Assembly (NCBI GenBank): GCA_902577425.1
Contig: CACGZD010000001.1
Span: 638,414-702,413 of the forward strand
DNA from: an uncultured Alphaproteobacteria bacterium
GTDB lineage: Bacteria > Pseudomonadota > Alphaproteobacteria > HIMB59 > GCA-002718135
DNA: 64,000 bases
Direction: 5' to 3'
Below are positions 29,982 to 38,963 of this stretch, one piece after another. The notes under the pieces are model-generated. The model worked only from the letters and a program-made list of their open reading frames with translations, did no database searches and had not been told where the DNA came from. The position numbers and the translations under genes were made by a program. How positions within the stretch are numbered: the first letter of the stretch is position 1; every line of letters begins with the position of its first letter.

Positions 29982-30542
29982 ATGACTAAAAAAGAAAAAA
30001 TAAAAACAAAGGATTGGACTTACAATGGTGAGGTTAAAAATGGGGAACCTCATGGAGATGGAATAATGAAATTTAAAAATGGAGAAAAGTTAGAGGGTTG
30101 TTGGAAAAATGGTAACCCTATAAAAGCATATAAATATATTCTTTATTCAAATGAAAAAAAAGATATGAGATATGAATACGAAGGTACGTTAGGTTGGGGA
30201 AAAGGCGGCGTATTAAATGGAAAAGGAATTTTTAAAATTATAGATAAAGTTTCAAAACCCAAAGGTTATACTTATCTAAAAGGAAACTTTGTAGGAGCCT
30301 TATTGGAAGGCAAGGGAATAAGAATTTTGTATTATGATAAAAACTATAGCCGAGCAATAAATCTTTACAAAGGTGAATTCAAGAACGGTTTTCAACATGG
30401 AAAAGGTATAGAGTGGTTTTACCCAAATAAATATTTCTCTGAAGGAATATTTAAAAATAATAAATTTAAAGGTTCAAAACAAAAACCACTTACAAAAAAG
30501 GTTTTTAAATTAATATTAGATGCAAATAATATTAACAAATAA
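29982..30542 (+). CDS. Basic MORN-repeat protein
   Basis: YNGEVKNGEPHGDGIM, LEGCWKNG, YEGT..NGKGIF and YKGEFKNGFQHGKGI motifs; TAAATG-coupled to the upstream gene. Confidence 0.75.
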   Translation: MTKKEKIKTKDWTYNGEVKNGEPHGDGIMKFKNGEKLEGCWKNGNPIKAYKYILYSNEKKDMRYEYEGTLGWGKGGVLNGKGIFKIIDKVSKPKGYTYLKGNFVGALLEGKGIRILYYDKNYSRAINLYKGEFKNGFQHGKGIEWFYPNKYFSEGIFKNNKFKGSKQKPLTKKVFKLILDANNINK

Positions 30543-30563
30543 CTAAAACAAATGAAATAATTC

Positions 30564-30643
30564 TTGTCTCACATATGTCTCACTCGCGCACCCGGTATTT
30601 ACATTTTTACGTTTAATTTTTCCTAGAAACCTTACACTTTGTA
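30564..30643. repeat. Right-end arm of Ser module 1: GTCT-type tandem repeat plus a conserved ~60-bp spacer
   Basis: TTGTCTCACATATGTCTCACTC followed by CACCCGGTATTTACATTTTTACGTTTAATTTTTCCTAGAAACC..., near-identical at 42761-42840 and 43798-43877. Confidence 0.85.
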
Positions 30644-30715
30644 TTTAATCAGCACGCTTGGAAAGCGTGTATAGTAGCAATACTATCGAGGGTTCGAATC
30701 CCTCTCTCTCCGCCA
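30644..30715 (+). pseudogene. 72-bp 3' copy of tRNA-Ser(GGA), from the D-loop to CCA
   Basis: Starts at TTTAATCAGC with no 5' acceptor strand. The variable arm is TAGTA-GCAA-TACTA, a compensatory variant. Confidence 0.92.
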
Positions 30716-30759
30716 TAAATTAAGATTTCTCTTTAAAGATTTTTTAACAAAAAAGTGTT

Positions 30760-30781
30760 TCGGCGCACATACGGCGCACTT
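30760..30781. repeat. Tandem 11-bp arm-type repeat, GGCG type
   Basis: TCGGCGCACATACGGCGCACTT, identical to 42761-82; the second CAC is 62 bp after CCA. Confidence 0.88.
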
Positions 30782-30825
30782 ACACATTCTTTTTCATCTT
30801 TGAAAAGTATGTTATTTATATTTTC

Positions 30826-30849
30826 TTAATTGGTTTTTTCGGGTGTCAT
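30826..30849 (-). pseudogene. 7-codon stub (MTPEKTN*) matching the start of the 20244-20990 gene
   Basis: 30828-30852 is 24/25 identical to 20969-20993, which encodes MTTEKTN. Confidence 0.5.
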
Positions 30850-30862
30850 TTATGGTTATCTT

Positions 30863-32185
30863 CTAGTTTTTAATTTTTTTTGCTGCTTTTGCATATTCTA
30901 TATTTCTTCCGCCATAACGTCTTAGACGTATGTTGCATTGTTCGGCATGACCAAGAAAACCTTCTAAATATGAAAGTCTAGAGCCATACTCACCTATTAA
31001 GGTCGCAGCTTCATCTGTTAAAACTTTTTGATATGTGTGTGTTTTGATAAATTTACCCACCCATAATCCGCCAGTATAACGTCCGGCTTTTTTAGTAGGT
31101 AGGGTATGGTTTGTTCCAATCACTTTGTCACCATTTGCAACATTGGTTCTTGGGCCAAGAAATAATGCACCGTAAGATTTCATATTTTCCAAAAACCAAT
31201 CATCTTTTTTTGTCATCACTTGCACATGTTCCGAGGCAATTTCATTTGCTTTATCAAGCATTTCTTCGTACGAATCACAAAGTATAACTGCACCGTAATC
31301 TCTCCAACTTATACTTGCTGTTTCTTTAGTTGGTAAAATTTGAAGAATTCTTTCAATCTCTAATAGAGTAGACTCTGCTAAATTTTTTGAATTTGTAATT
31401 AGAACTGCGGGTGAATTATATCCATGTTCAGCTTGCCCTAAAAGATCAGTAGCACATAATTCTCCATCTACAGTATTATCTGCAATAACCATTGTTTCCG
31501 TTGGGCCAGCAAATAAATCAATCCCCACTTTTCCAAATAATTGTCTTTTAGCTTCAGCAACATAAGCGTTACCAGGACCAACAAGCATATCAACTGGTTT
31601 TATTGTTTCAGTTCCTATTGCCATTGCACCTATACCTTGCATACCACCTAATACATATATCTCATGGGCTCCACCTAAATGCATAGCCGCAATTACTGCT
31701 GGATTAGGTTTGCTTTGAAATGGAGATGTAGTAGCTACTATTCTAGGGACATCTGCAACAGATGCTGTTACTACAGACATGTGTGCGGATGCTACCATAG
31801 GAAATTTTCCTGCAGGAACATAACAGCCAACTGATTGTACTGGAATATTTTTGTGACCTAATATCACTCCAGGTAGTGTTTCAACTTCTAATTCCTTTAA
31901 TGTTGCAAGTTGTGCTTCTGCAAATTGTCTTATTTGTTTTTGCGCAAATTTGATGTCCTCAATGTCATCTTCAGATACCTTACTAATTAAATTTTGAATC
32001 TCGGAATCTGTTAACCTAAAACTTGTTGGGGAATAATTATCAAATTTCTCTGACAATTCTCTAACATATTGGTCACCTTGTTGTTCTATTTTTTTTAATG
32101 TTTCTTCAACAATGTTTTTAACTTTATCATTCTCAGCTGATCGTTCTTGTTCAGCAATTCCTTTTTTCAAATATTGAATAGTCAT
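30863..32185 (-). CDS. HisD-family dehydrogenase, sulfopropanediol 3-dehydrogenase (HpsN)-like
   Basis: VGCYVPAGK, GPGNAYVAEAKR, AGPTE, DLLGQAEH, SEH and GTNHTLP motifs. The MTIQYLKKG N-terminus and GRYTGGLWVGKF are HpsN-clade-like; there are no his genes nearby. Confidence 0.75.
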   Translation of the reverse strand: MTIQYLKKGIAEQERSAENDKVKNIVEETLKKIEQQGDQYVRELSEKFDNYSPTSFRLTDSEIQNLISKVSEDDIEDIKFAQKQIRQFAEAQLATLKELEVETLPGVILGHKNIPVQSVGCYVPAGKFPMVASAHMSVVTASVADVPRIVATTSPFQSKPNPAVIAAMHLGGAHEIYVLGGMQGIGAMAIGTETIKPVDMLVGPGNAYVAEAKRQLFGKVGIDLFAGPTETMVIADNTVDGELCATDLLGQAEHGYNSPAVLITNSKNLAESTLLEIERILQILPTKETASISWRDYGAVILCDSYEEMLDKANEIASEHVQVMTKKDDWFLENMKSYGALFLGPRTNVANGDKVIGTNHTLPTKKAGRYTGGLWVGKFIKTHTYQKVLTDEAATLIGEYGSRLSYLEGFLGHAEQCNIRLRRYGGRNIEYAKAAKKIKN

Positions 32186-32188
32186 AAG

Positions 32189-33283
32189 TTATTTTTTATG
32201 TATTAAATCAAATATATCAACGTCTATCTGGTTAAGTATGTGTGCAATATCAATGGGCACCCAGTTTTCTCTTATTAATCCTTCGTGATGTAAATAAAAA
32301 TCCATAACTCTCATTGTTACTGATTTGCCTGTGCCTTCATATCCAAGCCATTCTTTTGAACCATGCTTACACTCTATGCTGTGCCAACCTGATGTCATCG
32401 AAAAATTGCCATCTGCAATTTCAATATAGTGTCCTATTTTCCAATAGTCTCTTTCCTTAAATGTTAGTCGAAATGGTAATTGATGATGATCAACATATCC
32501 TTTTAGTCCTCTTGCAGTACCTATACCACTAGGACCATACCACATCATTTTAGGATGCCAGAAATCTTTTTGTGCATGATTTAATAATTTCTCTCTTATA
32601 TATTCATAATTAGATCCAGGATCAGTTTCAGGTTTGATGTTTAAACTTCTTTGCATTGTTAAAGCTTGCTCCATAGATTTAATTGATAATTCATTATCCA
32701 TATTTTCAAATGTTGTACCATCACCGGTTATTGGTCCTGGCCACATACCTTCCGCGCCTAGAGATTTATTTACTGGCCAAAATCCAGCCTGACGAATAAA
32801 ATCTAAAGTATCAATTAAAATGTGAGATTGAATAATTTTATTATCTTTGATTTCATGCGCTTCACATATTCTAAGATGAATTGTTTTGGCATGAGCAGGA
32901 ACATTAAGCCATGGATTTACAAAAGTCCCTGTTAAATGAGCTACTGTAGAAACAAAAATTTTATCTTGAAAAGATCCTCCAAGAATTAGATTATCCCTTC
33001 TTTCAAGATCAGGAAATGCACTTATAAGTGGTTTCCATAATTTTTCTGTTATTTTAGAAATTCCTTTTAAGTCATTAAGTGGATGGAATGCTCTTATTAC
33101 CGCATCATCATGATACGCATCACTAATATTTTTATTAATATTTTCTAAATTGGATTCAGCTATATTTTTTAGAAGAATTCTAATTTTTTTTTTATTTGCT
33201 AAATTTATCTTTGGATCTAAATTAATGACTTCAGTACTTCCCTCTTTTTTTATTCCAGTATTAAAATTTTCAATGTTTGTCAT
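32189..33283 (-). CDS. Tandem SnoaL-like / ester cyclase (NTF2-fold) protein
   Basis: FPDLERRD, WYGPSGIGTARG and RVMDFY...IRENWV motifs; paralogous to 40892-41965. Confidence 0.75.
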   Translation of the reverse strand: MTNIENFNTGIKKEGSTEVINLDPKINLANKKKIRILLKNIAESNLENINKNISDAYHDDAVIRAFHPLNDLKGISKITEKLWKPLISAFPDLERRDNLILGGSFQDKIFVSTVAHLTGTFVNPWLNVPAHAKTIHLRICEAHEIKDNKIIQSHILIDTLDFIRQAGFWPVNKSLGAEGMWPGPITGDGTTFENMDNELSIKSMEQALTMQRSLNIKPETDPGSNYEYIREKLLNHAQKDFWHPKMMWYGPSGIGTARGLKGYVDHHQLPFRLTFKERDYWKIGHYIEIADGNFSMTSGWHSIECKHGSKEWLGYEGTGKSVTMRVMDFYLHHEGLIRENWVPIDIAHILNQIDVDIFDLIHKK

Positions 33284-33332
33284 AATTATTTAAATTTTAG
33301 TTACTCACAATTAGGCAAATTTTAAATTGATT

Positions 33333-33370
33333 TATTCAATATTTTGAATATTATTCATTAAAAATGAATA
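33333..33370. promoter_or_regulatory. Candidate operator array in a divergent promoter
   Basis: TATTCA/TGAATA half-sites at 33333, 33345, 33352 and 33365, including the palindrome TGAATA-T-TATTCA; a similar array lies at 37526-37563. Confidence 0.4.
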
Positions 33371-33389
33371 AAATATAATTTTTCCTAAA

Positions 33390-34358
33390 ATGTCAATAGA
33401 TATAGAAAAACGTCTAGCAAGATTTAATGATCTTATTCCCAGTAAGATCCCTTTTGTAGAAGGTAAGTTAAAAGGTCATCAGGATAGAAAAAATTATTCA
33501 ATTGTCGGACCAGGGGTAAGTGAAGATTCTAAGCAAAATGTAAAAATTGCTGAAGCTCACGGATTTAATATCGGGGCTGTAAGTGCTGCCCCAATGAATG
33601 GTTCAGGATTGCATAGTCATACAACTGCCGAGGTGTTTATTATACATGCTGGTTCATGGCGTTTTTATTGGGGAGTAAATGGCGAAGAGGGCGAAGTAAT
33701 TCTTAGCAAAGGAGATGTAGCATCATTTCCTACTAATATGTTTAGAGGATTTCAAAATGTTAGTGATGAAGAAGCCCTTATGTTTGTTGCGCTAGGTGAA
33801 GATGATCCAGGTGTTATTACGTGGACTCCAAGATTATTGAAAGAAGCAAATGAATCAGGAATGTTATTAATGGAAGATCGTTCATTGGTTGATCTTAATA
33901 AGCAAAAAGTGCCTGAGGGTAAGTTAGTAACAAAACCTCTTGAAGATAAGGAACTGGAAAGCTTTGACCATTATACCTCAGATGAAATTGAGAAATTTGT
34001 TATTCGTTATAATGATAATAAAAATTATGTTGATGATGAACATTATAATTCAAATTCAATAATTAATTATTTAGATTCATTTGAAATACATGGAAAAAAA
34101 ATTGAACCTAAAATTCCTCACAAAACAGGCTTTGGATTGACTCTATTAAAAGGTGTTTCAGCCCATATGCATGCGTATTCTATTAATTCATCTGAAGTTT
34201 ATAATTGTTTAAATGGCAAGTGGGAAGTCACATGTAATGATGAGAAAGTTATTCTCGAACCACGTGATAGTTTCTCTGCTCCAAAGAATTCTACAAGAAG
34301 TGTAAAACAGATAAGCAATGATGAGGGTAGTTTATTTATCGTTAGGCAATCAAATTAA
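33390..34358 (+). CDS. Bicupin-domain protein
   Basis: GSGLHSHTTAEVFIIHAGSWRF cupin motif 1, GDVASFPTNMFRGF motif 2, and a second degenerate cupin domain. Confidence 0.8.
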   Translation: MSIDIEKRLARFNDLIPSKIPFVEGKLKGHQDRKNYSIVGPGVSEDSKQNVKIAEAHGFNIGAVSAAPMNGSGLHSHTTAEVFIIHAGSWRFYWGVNGEEGEVILSKGDVASFPTNMFRGFQNVSDEEALMFVALGEDDPGVITWTPRLLKEANESGMLLMEDRSLVDLNKQKVPEGKLVTKPLEDKELESFDHYTSDEIEKFVIRYNDNKNYVDDEHYNSNSIINYLDSFEIHGKKIEPKIPHKTGFGLTLLKGVSAHMHAYSINSSEVYNCLNGKWEVTCNDEKVILEPRDSFSAPKNSTRSVKQISNDEGSLFIVRQSN

Positions 34359-34370
34359 TTTATTAAAAAT

Positions 34371-35342
34371 ATGAAGGGTTTTGATAAAAAATTTAAAGAT
34401 CTGCCTGATTATATTCTTAAGATTACCTATCAGATTTGGGAGGATAAAGATGTTGAGTCAATTAGGGAGTATTATGCAAAGGGAATTCCGGTAAGATCTC
34501 CTGATGGAGTTATCTACGGACCTGATAAAGTAGTAAAAGCAACTTATGCTACGCTTGACGAATTTCCAGATCGGCAACTTCTTGGAGAGGATGTTATTTT
34601 TATAGGTAATGAAAATGATGGTTATTTATCTTCGCATCGTATTTTAACAAAAGCGACTCATCTAAATGATGGAGTTTACGGAAAAGCCACAGGAATTAAA
34701 ATATCTTACAGAGTTATAGCAGATTGTGCTTGTAAAAATAATCAAGTTTATGATGAATGGTTGGTTAGAGATCAGGGAGCAATAGTCAGACAGTTAAATT
34801 TAGATCCAAAAACCTATGCTAAAACATTAATTGATAAGCAAGGCGGTGTAACAAAATGCTCTATACCTTTTAATCAAAATACACCTCTAGATTTAAAATA
34901 TACCCAGTTAAGTTTGCCTAAAAATAACACTGGTTATGAATATGCTGAAATATTAAAAACTATATTTCAAAAGGATTTGGATAGTATTGAAAAATTTTAT
35001 GACAGATCTATTAATCAAGAACAACCTAGTGGTCTTAAAGCGTATGGAGTAGACGAGGTTAAATCTTTTTGGTCATCAATTTTTTCTTCCTTTCCTGAAG
35101 CGACATTTAAAATTGAACATGTCAGTTATCTGGATGAGCCTGCAGCATATAGAAAAGCAGCGATAAGATGGTCTTTAAATGGTATCCACTCTGGTCCTGG
35201 GTATTTTGGCAATCCTAGTCAAACAGAAGTTTATGTAATGGGAATTTCTCATGCAGAATTTGGTCCCAGAGGTATAAAAAATGAGTGGGTTTTATTTGAT
35301 GAAACTGCAATATGGAAACAAATTTTAATGAAAACTGGTTAA
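34371..35342 (+). CDS. Tandem SnoaL-like / ester cyclase protein
   Basis: TLDEFPDRQLLGEDVI, DEWLVRDQGAI, SFPEATFKIEH, RWSL.G.HSG.G.FG and EWVLFDE motifs. Confidence 0.75.
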   Translation: MKGFDKKFKDLPDYILKITYQIWEDKDVESIREYYAKGIPVRSPDGVIYGPDKVVKATYATLDEFPDRQLLGEDVIFIGNENDGYLSSHRILTKATHLNDGVYGKATGIKISYRVIADCACKNNQVYDEWLVRDQGAIVRQLNLDPKTYAKTLIDKQGGVTKCSIPFNQNTPLDLKYTQLSLPKNNTGYEYAEILKTIFQKDLDSIEKFYDRSINQEQPSGLKAYGVDEVKSFWSSIFSSFPEATFKIEHVSYLDEPAAYRKAAIRWSLNGIHSGPGYFGNPSQTEVYVMGISHAEFGPRGIKNEWVLFDETAIWKQILMKTG

Positions 35343-35355
35343 GGATAGATAAACA

Positions 35356-36486
35356 TTGAATACGAAAATTTTAACAACCCATGTTGGAAGTTTACCACGT
35401 TCAAAAACATTATCTGAATTTCTTTTTGCTAAAGATAAGGGAGAAAGTTTTAATTTAAATGAGTTTGATGAAGTAGTATCTCAAAATGTGCATGAAATTG
35501 TAAAAAAACAATTAGATATTGGTATTGATTTTATCAGTGATGGGGAAATGAGTAAAATCAGTTATGCTACCTATGTCAAAGAGAGAATAAATGGCTTTTC
35601 TGGAGAAAGTGAAAGAAGAGCTCCTGCTGATTTGGATGCATTTCCCGAATATAAAGAAAAAATTGCCAAAAGTGGTGGAACGCCTACTTATACCCGTCCC
35701 TGTTGTACTGGAGAGCTGTCACTTAAAAAAAATAGTGACCTTTTAAAAGATATAAATAATTTTACATCTGCTCTTAAATCAAACAACCATAAAAACGGCT
35801 TTATGAACTCTGCTTCACCAGGGGTTATAAATGTTTTTTTACCAAACAAATATTATAAAAATGATGATGAGTATCTTGAAAAACTATCTTCAATAATGTC
35901 TGATGAATATGAAACAATTACATCAAAAAATTTATATTTACAAATTGATTGTCCTGATTTGGCTTTAGCTAGGCATATGAATTTCAAAGATATGGATGAA
36001 AAAAGTTTTTTACATCGCGCTGAAAAACAAATTGAAGCTCTCAATGCTTCTCTCGCAGCAGTTCCACAGGATCAAATTAGAATTCATATTTGCTGGGGTA
36101 ATTATGAAGGGCCTCATACTTTTGATGTTGCTTTGGAAAAAATTTTACCAATTGTTCTAAAAGCTAAAACTAAATACCTGTTAATTGAGTCTTCAAATCC
36201 AAGACATGCTCATGAATGGAAGGTGTTTGAGAATATTAAATTACCAAAAGATAAAGTTATTGTTCCAGGGGTTATTGATTCGACATCAAATTTTGTTGAA
36301 CATCCTGAAGTTGTTTCAGATCGACTTAGACAATTTGCAAGTGTTGTTCCAAAAGATCAGATTATGGCAGGTACAGATTGTGGTTTTAGTACATTTGCTG
36401 GATTTGGAAAAGTTGACGAGAAAATTTGTTATGAAAAATTAGGCTCCCTAGTTAAAGGTGCTAAAATAGCCTCAAATATAATTTGA
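35356..36486 (+). CDS. Cobalamin-independent methionine synthase II family / epoxyalkane:CoM transferase-like Zn enzyme
   Basis: TTHVGSLPR, SDGE, QIDCPDL, HICWGNY, IE..NPRH and TDCGF motifs (Zn ligands H-x-C...E...C); single barrel. Confidence 0.85.
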   Translation: MNTKILTTHVGSLPRSKTLSEFLFAKDKGESFNLNEFDEVVSQNVHEIVKKQLDIGIDFISDGEMSKISYATYVKERINGFSGESERRAPADLDAFPEYKEKIAKSGGTPTYTRPCCTGELSLKKNSDLLKDINNFTSALKSNNHKNGFMNSASPGVINVFLPNKYYKNDDEYLEKLSSIMSDEYETITSKNLYLQIDCPDLALARHMNFKDMDEKSFLHRAEKQIEALNASLAAVPQDQIRIHICWGNYEGPHTFDVALEKILPIVLKAKTKYLLIESSNPRHAHEWKVFENIKLPKDKVIVPGVIDSTSNFVEHPEVVSDRLRQFASVVPKDQIMAGTDCGFSTFAGFGKVDEKICYEKLGSLVKGAKIASNII

Positions 36487-36499
36487 ATTGTTAATTTTT

Positions 36500-37501
36500 T
36501 TATCTAGTTGTATTTCGATAAATAAATTTGCCCTGTATTACATGATTAACAGGCTCAAATTCTGGATCCTTTATATTATCATCTATAATTTGGGTAACAA
36601 GCTTTGACATTTGTCTAATAGGTTGTCTAATTGTTGTTAAATTATATGAATACCAATTTGCTGTTGATATGTCATCATATCCAATTACCTCTATTTCTTT
36701 TGGGATATTTAATTTTGTATTTTCTTTAATATAATCAATGCAACCAAAAGCCATAGTATCGTCAGCACAAAACAATGCTGTAATATTTTTTTTTAAAAGT
36801 TTTTTTGCTGACTCGAAACCTCCTTCATATGTAAAATTTCCTTTTTCATGAAAAAATTTAATTTTGTTTAAATTTTTAAAATGGTTTTTAAAACCTTTAC
36901 ATCTTTCATTACTTACAAAGGATCCAGTTGGTCCTTCAACCATTCCTATATTAATATGTCCATTGGTAATGAAATGTTCTGCCGCTGCTTCTCCCCCATA
37001 TCTGTGATCACAAGCTACAGAACTCAATGTGGGTATTTTCCAATTTCTATTAAAAGCGATAAGTTGAATTTGTTTGGATAAACAATTTTCTACAAATGCA
37101 TCCGTAGGCTTTGTAGCCGAAACAATCGCAACTAATCTCTCTTTTAGGTAAGGTTGAATTAAGTTGTTATCAAGTTCTTCACCATCATCGGTTGTAATTA
37201 AAAGTATCCTGTACCCACTCATTCGAAGAGCCTCATGTAATTCAGTTAGGACTTCAGGATAATATCTATTGGTGATATAGGGTAATATTACGCCCACTAG
37301 CCCACCATCCACTGATGAAGAAAAAGAATGCTGAATAGTTTGATGTTTATAGCCCAATTTTTTAGCAGCTTCGATGACGCGTAATTTTGTCCGATTTGAG
37401 ATACTGGCTCCTTTGGTGAAGCACCGAGAGACTGCTGACTGGGATACACCAGCTAATGTGGCCACATTCTGGGATGTTGGATTCTTTAATTTAGTTTTCA
37501 T
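36500..37501 (-). CDS. LacI-family transcriptional regulator
   Basis: VATLAGVSQSAVSR HTH, followed by a periplasmic-binding-fold domain (ALFCADD, VIGYDD, LTTIRQP). Confidence 0.9.
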   Translation of the reverse strand: MKTKLKNPTSQNVATLAGVSQSAVSRCFTKGASISNRTKLRVIEAAKKLGYKHQTIQHSFSSSVDGGLVGVILPYITNRYYPEVLTELHEALRMSGYRILLITTDDGEELDNNLIQPYLKERLVAIVSATKPTDAFVENCLSKQIQLIAFNRNWKIPTLSSVACDHRYGGEAAAEHFITNGHINIGMVEGPTGSFVSNERCKGFKNHFKNLNKIKFFHEKGNFTYEGGFESAKKLLKKNITALFCADDTMAFGCIDYIKENTKLNIPKEIEVIGYDDISTANWYSYNLTTIRQPIRQMSKLVTQIIDDNIKDPEFEPVNHVIQGKFIYRNTTR

Positions 37502-37525
37502 TTATGCCTTTATCCACCGAAATAT

Positions 37526-37563
37526 TATTCATTACATTGCATATTTATTCAAAACAATGCAAT
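37526..37563. promoter_or_regulatory. Candidate operator array between lacI and the SBP gene
   Basis: TATTCA (37526), TGCATA (37538), TATTCA (37546) and TGCAAT (37558); spacing parallels 33333-33370. Confidence 0.4.
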
Positions 37564-37641
37564 ATATTTATTATAAATATTTATAATATTAATTCTCTTA
37601 ATATAACAATTTATTTTAAGGGTAATTAATAAGGAGGAAAA

Positions 37642-38883
37642 ATGTTATTTAAAAAACTAATATTAGTTGGATTTATTTCCCTATTTTTCAGCTCATCTTT
37701 GTATGCAGCTGATTGTGGACCGAATGGGCAATCAATCCGAATTCTAGCAAGTGATTTTCCAGCAATTCACGCAATAGCAAATTCTGCTGAAAGTAATTGT
37801 GCAGGATCTGCTTCTGAATTCAATCGAAATCATACTACCGAAGCACGTCAAATAATGAATGCTGCTCAAACACCAAATCCAGCAGAGTATACTTCAGTTA
37901 TTGTAGCTAACTCTACCCTAGTTCAATTAATGAACGATGGACTTGTTAGACCATTAGATGATTTAGTTGAAAAATATGGTGGTCACTTAAAATCTAACCA
38001 ACTGATAACTATTGATGGAAAAATAATGGCAATAGCGTTTATGGCAAATTCTCAGCACATGTATTATAGAACAGATATTTTAGAAAAATCTGGGGTTGAT
38101 GGAATACCAGCAACTTATGATGAAGTAATATCTGCTGCTGAAAAGATACGTGCAGCTGGTATCATGGAGCATCCACTTGTAATGAATCTCAAAGTCGGAT
38201 GGAATGTTGGTGAAGTATTTAACACTATATACCTAGCACATGGTGGAGAATTCTTTAAGCCTGGTAGTGCTGAAGCATCTATTAATAATGCCAAAGGTGT
38301 TGCTGCTCTAGAAACAATGAAAGCTCTTGTAGAGTATGCTCACCCTGATCATTTAACGCAGGCATCTGATGATACGCAAGGATTATGGGAAGCTGGTCAA
38401 GCGGCAATTGGCTTTATGTGGGGTTCTCGTGGAGGAGTTATACTAGATAATGAAGGTTCTTCAGCTGAAGTGACTTCAAATACTGTTTTATCTGCAGCTC
38501 CAACTGTTACTGGTGGCTCAATACCAGGAGCAACTCTATGGTGGGATGGAATAACTATAGCTACTAACGTGTCTGACAGTGAAGCAGAAGCAACGTTTGC
38601 AGCACTTGTAAGTGGTATGACTTCAGAAATGGTTGCTGCTAATAATGATGATGCAATTTGGTTAATTGATGGTTTTAAACCTGGTCCAGCTGCAGCAGGA
38701 GTTTCTGCAACTGCTCAAGGCGGTGCTAAATCTTACCCGATGTTTGCTCAAATGGGATTATTGCACAATGCATTAGGTGCAGAGCTAGTTGATTTTTTAA
38801 AGGGATCTGAGAGCGCTGAACAAGCACTTAGTGATGTAGAGGCTGTTTACGAAACAGCTGCTAAAGACGCAGGTTATCTGTAG
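37642..38883 (+). CDS. Carbohydrate ABC transporter substrate-binding protein (family 1)
   Basis: Signal peptide, YYRTDILEKSG.D.IPATYDE motif, and AAGGAGG RBS. Confidence 0.88.
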   Translation: MLFKKLILVGFISLFFSSSLYAADCGPNGQSIRILASDFPAIHAIANSAESNCAGSASEFNRNHTTEARQIMNAAQTPNPAEYTSVIVANSTLVQLMNDGLVRPLDDLVEKYGGHLKSNQLITIDGKIMAIAFMANSQHMYYRTDILEKSGVDGIPATYDEVISAAEKIRAAGIMEHPLVMNLKVGWNVGEVFNTIYLAHGGEFFKPGSAEASINNAKGVAALETMKALVEYAHPDHLTQASDDTQGLWEAGQAAIGFMWGSRGGVILDNEGSSAEVTSNTVLSAAPTVTGGSIPGATLWWDGITIATNVSDSEAEATFAALVSGMTSEMVAANNDDAIWLIDGFKPGPAAAGVSATAQGGAKSYPMFAQMGLLHNALGAELVDFLKGSESAEQALSDVEAVYETAAKDAGYL

Positions 38884-38905
38884 TCAATATAAATAAATCA
38901 GTAAA

Positions 38906-38933
38906 AAGGGGTTTTCAAATTTGAAAACCCCTT
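38906..38933 (+). terminator. Perfect 28-bp palindrome after the SBP gene (hairpin)
   Basis: AAGGGGTTTTCAAATTTGAAAACCCCTT equals its own reverse complement. Confidence 0.7.
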
Positions 38934-38963
38934 GTATCTTTCTATGTAATTTAAAATCGCATA

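Larger units (their letters stand above)
28724..30715. mobile_element. Integrase-less tRNA-Ser cassette, Ser module 1 (period 1920 bp)
   Basis: Bounded by 72-bp tRNA-Ser direct repeats with arm repeats at 28840 and 30564; three cargo ORFs. Confidence 0.82.

Noticed and set aside
30863-32185. Housekeeping hisD
   Set aside because: The gene lies in a catabolic cassette with an HpsO-like SDR, away from his genes, and its termini look HpsN-like. A phylogeny is needed to be certain.
37569-37588. Perfect 20-bp palindrome TATTATAAATATTTATAATA
   Set aside because: It is A/T-only in a highly AT-rich intergenic region, so it carries little information.
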